DNA from: Macrostomum hystrix
Lineage: Eukaryota; Animalia; Platyhelminthes
NCBI GenBank assembly: GCA_950097015.1
Contig: CATNEN010000001.1
Location: 27,466,001 to 27,530,000 of the forward strand
Reading direction: 5' to 3'
Length of the DNA: 64,000 bases
A program made the position numbers and the translations under genes. Positions 63,301 to 64,000 of the stretch are shown in pieces (positions within the stretch are counted from its first letter, which is position 1; each line of letters starts with the position of its first letter). The notes beneath the pieces are model-generated. The model was given only the letters and a program-made list of their open reading frames with translations. It was not told the origin of the DNA and searched no databases.

Positions 63301-64000
63301 AGCCGCTGGGCGAGCTGCGGCTCCACAGCCAGTGGCTGGAGATGGCCCGCTTGCTCACAGAGCAGGGCCAGTACCAAACCTCCAGACTGCTGCTCCGCGA
63401 GGTTCAACTGACCGCCGGTGAGCTGGGCGACAAGCGTTGCCTGGCCGCAGCGCTGCTGGAACTGGGCCGGCTGGCCCTGCGGGAGCGCCAGTTCGGTCAG
63501 GCGGCTCAGTGCGTGCGACAGGCTCAGGCCATGATGCAGGTGAGAGGGACTGTATCTATGTTCGGGCTTCAAGGCTAGTCTCCAATTTTTTAAAGAACAC
63601 GATGACTGATTATTACGAGTATCCTCGTATCCTCGACCTCATCCTTGTCTCGCCTTCAGGGCTGGGCGTCGGAAGAGGACTGGTTCCTGAGCTGCCGGCT
63701 GCTGATTGAGGCCACAGCCAGTGACTTCACCAAGAAGGACGCACTCAGCCGGGCCAAGACAGAAGCCCTTCGGGGCATCTCCGTCTTCGAGGAGCTGGCT
63801 CGCCGACGACCGAACAAGGCGCCGCTGATTGACAGTCTGGTGGGCCGGCTGGAGCTGCTGTTCGGTCGGCTGCAGACCACCTGGGCGCTGGACCGGCTGT
63901 CTCAGCGGCTGTGCTCCAGGGGCCGAGCGCACCGCTGGCTCGAGGTGTCCCGGCGCTTCCTGCACTGCGGCCTGGAGCGGCTGACCAACGGGCGCGACTT
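10466..64000 (+). CDS. CFAP46: Cilia- and flagella-associated protein 46 (TTC40), 3'-incomplete. Exons: 10466-10517, 11042-11166, 11245-11376, 11705-11934, 12189-12407, 12748-12867, 13916-13993, 14704-14905, 15170-15427, 17408-17575, 18334-18505, 19143-19348, 19781-20241, 45613-45887, 46587-46792, 47273-47557, 47683-48111, 48192-48413, 48668-48814, 49792-49899, 50648-50807, 53184-53444, 60053-60369, 62417-62578, 62655-62803, 63002-63539, 63660->64000
   Basis: The spliced N-terminus (DIFVLLAEEAVK...KECLRIYL...NQFRARAFLAQAKLLQP...YHFLVFNASVVYSELVRPFLKP...SLSQVVKALEAIDDKDYEWRAELL...LLECYLDAG) matches my recollection of vertebrate CFAP46. Exons join through GT-AG introns in compatible phase, including across the 25-kb intron (CG|C). 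Individual boundaries were read by eye. Confidence 0.9.
11447..11700. repeat. 21-bp minisatellite (CCATTCTATTCCCCATTCCAG), about 12 copies, abutting the acceptor at 11704
   Basis: Direct inspection. Confidence 0.95.
12003..12137. repeat. 34-bp tandem repeat x4 with an internal inverted repeat CCTGAA...TTCAGG
   Basis: tgaag at 12011, 12045 and onward. Confidence 0.92.
12420..12656. repeat. Degenerate TGTCAC-based tandem repeat
   Basis: Repeated ctgtcac/ctgtcacc motifs start just after the exon donor. Confidence 0.85.
12975..13677. repeat. (TATCC/TGTCC)n pentamer array
   Basis: Direct inspection. Confidence 0.97.
14443..14681. repeat. (GAGT/AAGT)n tetramer array just before the acceptor at 14703
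   Basis: Direct inspection. Confidence 0.93.
14925..15120 (-). mobile_element. SINE family B, 3' part
   Basis: Aligns by eye with 17820-18020. Confidence 0.75.
15465..17335. repeat. 16-bp pyrimidine-rich minisatellite (TCTCATCTCTCCCCTG), more than 100 copies
   Basis: Direct inspection; fills most of intron 15428-17407. Confidence 0.97.
17803..18175 (-). mobile_element. SINE family B, near full length, with (ATT)n tail
   Basis: Minus-strand head GGTGGCAGAGCAG...GCTCGATTCC; shared body; tail at 17803-17820. Confidence 0.82.
18665..19081 (-). mobile_element. SINE family B 5' part (18665-18795) next to a SINE family A copy (about 18800-19081)
   Basis: Both match the other family copies; family A head contains GGTTCGATTCC. 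Confidence 0.75.
19439..19689. repeat. 21-bp minisatellite (CAGCTCATCTCWCCTTCAGGA), about 12 copies
   Basis: Direct inspection. Confidence 0.95.
20268..20525 (+). mobile_element. tRNA-derived SINE family A (CORE-like), internally deleted
   Basis: Aligns by eye with the 40770 copy. Confidence 0.8.
22675..25353 (-). repeat. 21-bp array (GACTACTACCTGYGTGGCTGA), about 127 copies, starting in the last codons of WSC-A
   Basis: The first unit is the gene's own D-Y-Y-L-R-G-stop. Confidence 0.97.
25333..26020 (-). CDS. WSC-A: secreted WSC-domain + PAN/apple-like protein; exons 26020-25642 and 25568-25333
   Basis: Signal peptide MLLVSALCCVLVCLAAA; WSC pattern YLGCFID...CSNVC...YFGMQYRYQCFCG...C..TCPGNSAQKCG...SVF; exon 2 ECTAQC-x5-C-x9-CHL...DYY; phase-1 intron A|gtgagt...tcag|AT; TATAAA at 26083-26078. 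Confidence 0.85.
26490..26890 (-). repeat. Same 21-bp array, about 19 copies, starting at the WSC-B stop
   Basis: Direct inspection. Confidence 0.96.
26873..28284 (-). CDS. WSC-B: secreted WSC + PAN/apple-like paralog; exons 28284-27891 and 27114-26873
   Basis: Signal peptide; YIGCFVD...MTHEFCSNVC...LQYGRQCYCG...CSGNSTQKCG; same intron position and phase as WSC-A; TATAAAA near 28344. Confidence 0.85.
27176..27710 (-). mobile_element. tRNA-derived SINE family C, inserted into a family A SINE (27135-27870) in the WSC-B intron
   Basis: Minus-strand head TGGTTTAGCGG / GGTTCGTTCC; (GTAAAA)n tail; flanking direct repeat AGATGCC at 27169-27175 and 27711-27717; family A sequence resumes on both sides. 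Confidence 0.72.
28529..28781. repeat. 42-bp tandem repeat x6 upstream of WSC-B
   Basis: gaaggtgttg at 28529, 28571 and onward. Confidence 0.95.
29480..29754. mobile_element. hAT-type MITE inside Helitron copy 1
   Basis: Imperfect terminal inverted repeats CAGTGGCAGAT...ATCTGCCTCTG; 8-bp target duplication TATACAGT at 29472-29479 and 29755-29762. Confidence 0.85.
29907..30516 (-). pseudogene. Helitron PIF1-like helicase C-terminal fragment
   Basis: LSERAILCPRN...LKVGAPIMLLRNL...LCNGTRL...QFPVRVCFAMTINKAQGQSL...FSHGQLYV; no Rep domain or Walker A motif present. Confidence 0.9.
32599..36501 (-). CDS. pol: Gypsy Pol (protease, reverse transcriptase, RNase H, integrase), probably reached by -1 frameshift
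   Basis: LLDSGS, YFDD, TDAS, HHCC zinc finger and D,D-E core; uninterrupted ORF. Confidence 0.95.
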   Translation of the reverse strand, partial: GKRDGGPARPASRAPISVTGKAPGPSTQTHSVLGRAGLGYIDAKFESGPLVACLLDSGSNVSLLSNRFLEAENIKGQLQNSTLDFSIFTANGEPIEIQGNIQFHFSIGETNFTHEFLVVDGISQPCILGTDFFLKHCMIIDFAKHCLQTETSVYPFRLCAERPLLCRIVLCQNIRMSMGEEMLIPVRLQRKGAKGFQFPGMVEPCRQGEREHLLARSVQMPSQDGHLSVRIMNMSESSLSMRKGARIGWFSPISAQQPAELQLNTVQSEEDSWNPLSEVKEWGSCGLTEGESREFVELVARNRDVFAKDSSELGLTGLLSHEIDTGSAKPVSEPLRRLPPHWREEVNKQVDQLLAEGRIFPCQSPWSSPVVPVKKPDGSLRMCLDYRRLNSVTVPDPLPPPRMDETLDALGGNCIFSTMDLASGYHQCPLDPKDQLKTAFVVPNRGQFAWNCMSFGLRNAPSTFTRLMSMALSEVNWKECLVYFDDIVVFSITVRQHFERLLHVFQCLRAANIRLKPAKCVFLADRIKFLGHVISKDGIAANPEKCAEIQNWPRPCSAAKVQSFLGLCVYYKAFIPNFSEMAAPLYRLTASGAEFKWGQDQEESFNNLKAALCSPRVMAFPDFSPDAGEFILDTDASSRIGIGAVLSQRQADGSEKVIAYGSRMIQPSEKNYCTTRLELLAIVHFVKKYRYYLLGRKFIIRSDHKALQWLTNLRDTEGQCARWLQMLQNYEFTIEHRAGKLHGNADSLSRKYRKHSGHETCPSCTLADSRGVNTVLCSGLGREEIQTAQETESKLEVIRSFVHNGNSELIAPPVMSWEERCLWSQRQLIRLEAQVLVVKGPDSEKPKIVLPPSLFQRVFSELHDGVAGGHLGVKKTQAKVKSRFWWPGLSRKIEEYCRSCVHCARAKPGKAGRAPLQPIVSEAPFQRIMSDIVGPLPRSKNGSRFVLTIQDSFTKWPVAVALSNQRASTVAKAIFDNWIAQFGCPEFLITDKGTNFESLLVKQLCQLMAVKKCRTTSYHPMADGQAESFNKTLKNMIKCRQSEAEADWEDLIGPSLLAYRSSVHRGTGYTPYYMLYAKEMRLPVDIGNLPETLPANAPEYLLSLGDRLADAHSHVRQNLQQYQRKQKVNYDSRVRGPTIDVGDIVLEYSPALQPSEVAKFHKYWKGPAEVIEKISDVNFKIRHQNSRKTRIVHYNNLRKIPQRPPELQAPKQRRQRRMARQVQGEVARGTPQQDESESDDAESDFVYVPPPPGHEAPVPQNEPIQGAAPPLQEIPAPPSPRRLRPGRGNPPVRYGNPVLY
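36447..37394 (-). pseudogene. gag: Gypsy Gag with one in-frame TAG at 37085-37083
   Basis: The frame continues through the stop (QNRTA*DYKTEFQSRNQRDGEALEDYADALKELMRKAYP); two CCHC knuckles, CGRCLQAGHSTAEC and CYACGQPGHTRASC. Confidence 0.9.
36458..36501 (-). promoter_or_regulatory. -1 programmed ribosomal frameshift signal
   Basis: G GGA AAC heptamer in the gag frame (36501-36495), 6-nt spacer, perfect 9-bp stem GGGGCCCGG/CCGGGCCCC; pol lies in the -1 frame. Confidence 0.85.
38030..38284. mobile_element. hAT-type MITE inside Helitron copy 2
   Basis: Same termini and TATACAGT target duplication as the 29480 copy. Confidence 0.85.
38437..39090 (-). pseudogene. Helitron PIF1-like helicase C-terminal fragment, copy 2
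   Basis: Same motifs as copy 1, ending HGQLYVACSRV...TKNVVYPQALR. Confidence 0.9.
40770..41080 (+). mobile_element. tRNA-derived SINE family A (CORE-like), best full-length copy; further copies at about 41835-42027 (-), 46226-46400, 48996-49055 and 61727-61930
   Basis: A-box TAGCCTAGTGG and B-box GGTTCGATTCC; central TGTGTCCTTTAGCAAGACACTTAACTCT...CTTCAGTTCACCCAGCTGTTAAATGGG resembles the MIR CORE domain; AT-rich tail. Confidence 0.85.
42132..44594 (-). repeat. Same 21-bp array, about 117 copies, starting at the WSC-C stop
   Basis: The first unit is D-Y-Y-L-H-G-stop. Confidence 0.97.
44571..45281 (-). CDS. WSC-C: third WSC + PAN/apple-like paralog; exon 1 45281-44888, exon 2 acceptor ambiguous (44805 out of frame, 44842/44845 in frame)
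   Basis: Signal peptide; YIGCYRD...MTHEYCSGVC...VQFSSQCFCG...CSGNSKQKCG; C-terminus LLRFAYPPASLIDIVGDYY identical to WSC-A; TATAAA near 45349. Confidence 0.75.
46013..46226. repeat. 54-bp tandem repeat x4 at the head of a family A SINE
   Basis: The array runs directly into the SINE body at about 46226. Confidence 0.9.
46790..47214 (+). repeat. 25-bp array x17 of CAG|GTGAGTTCCCTAATTAGCTGCT, beginning at a CFAP46 donor site
   Basis: caggtg at 46790, 46815 ... 47190. Confidence 0.97.
49100..49392 (+). mobile_element. SINE family B copy with internal deletions
   Basis: Aligns by eye with the 59580 and 17803 copies. Confidence 0.8.
49945..50600. repeat. 21-bp (10+11) minisatellite GGGATCTAGTTGGGATCTGAT
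   Basis: Direct inspection. Confidence 0.95.
50889..53005. repeat. 22/24-bp minisatellite CTGAAGAYTCTC(TC)AGCTTCTCAA, about 90 copies
   Basis: Direct inspection. Confidence 0.97.
53630..59217. repeat. 30-bp minisatellite GTGTTAGACAGTCATTTAGATCTGATGAAG, about 185 copies
   Basis: Direct inspection; degenerate units at both edges. Confidence 0.98.
59580..59882 (+). mobile_element. SINE family B copy
   Basis: tRNA-like head, shared body and AATAATTATTA tail. Confidence 0.82.
60498..61050. repeat. 28-bp minisatellite GGTGTACATTKGTCTATGGGYGTGTCTA, about 20 copies
   Basis: ggtgtacatt at 60521, 60549 and onward. Confidence 0.95.

Overview
Eukaryotic (animal) genomic DNA with GT-AG introns, GC-rich exons and intron-filling minisatellites; this style suggests the flatworm Macrostomum, but that is inference only. 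Left to right: a 2-exon INSIG gene (+); a 2-exon PAP2-family lipid phosphate phosphatase (-); and a large multi-exon CFAP46/TTC40 ciliary gene (+, ATG 10466, running off the window end). One 25.4-kb CFAP46 intron (20242-45612) hosts three antisense paralogous genes for small secreted WSC + PAN/apple-like proteins. It also holds a nest of mobile DNA: two adjacent non-autonomous Helitrons, each carrying a hAT-type MITE, with a young Ty3/Gypsy LTR element inserted in the second. Three tRNA-derived SINE families are scattered through the window. The most unusual signal is that some tandem arrays are amplified copies of functional gene signals. All three WSC-PAN genes end in about 19-127 tandem copies of their own last six codons plus stop codon, and one CFAP46 intron consists almost entirely of 17 copies of a donor + branch-point-like + acceptor unit. 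Coordinates and exon models were read by eye and copy numbers are approximate.
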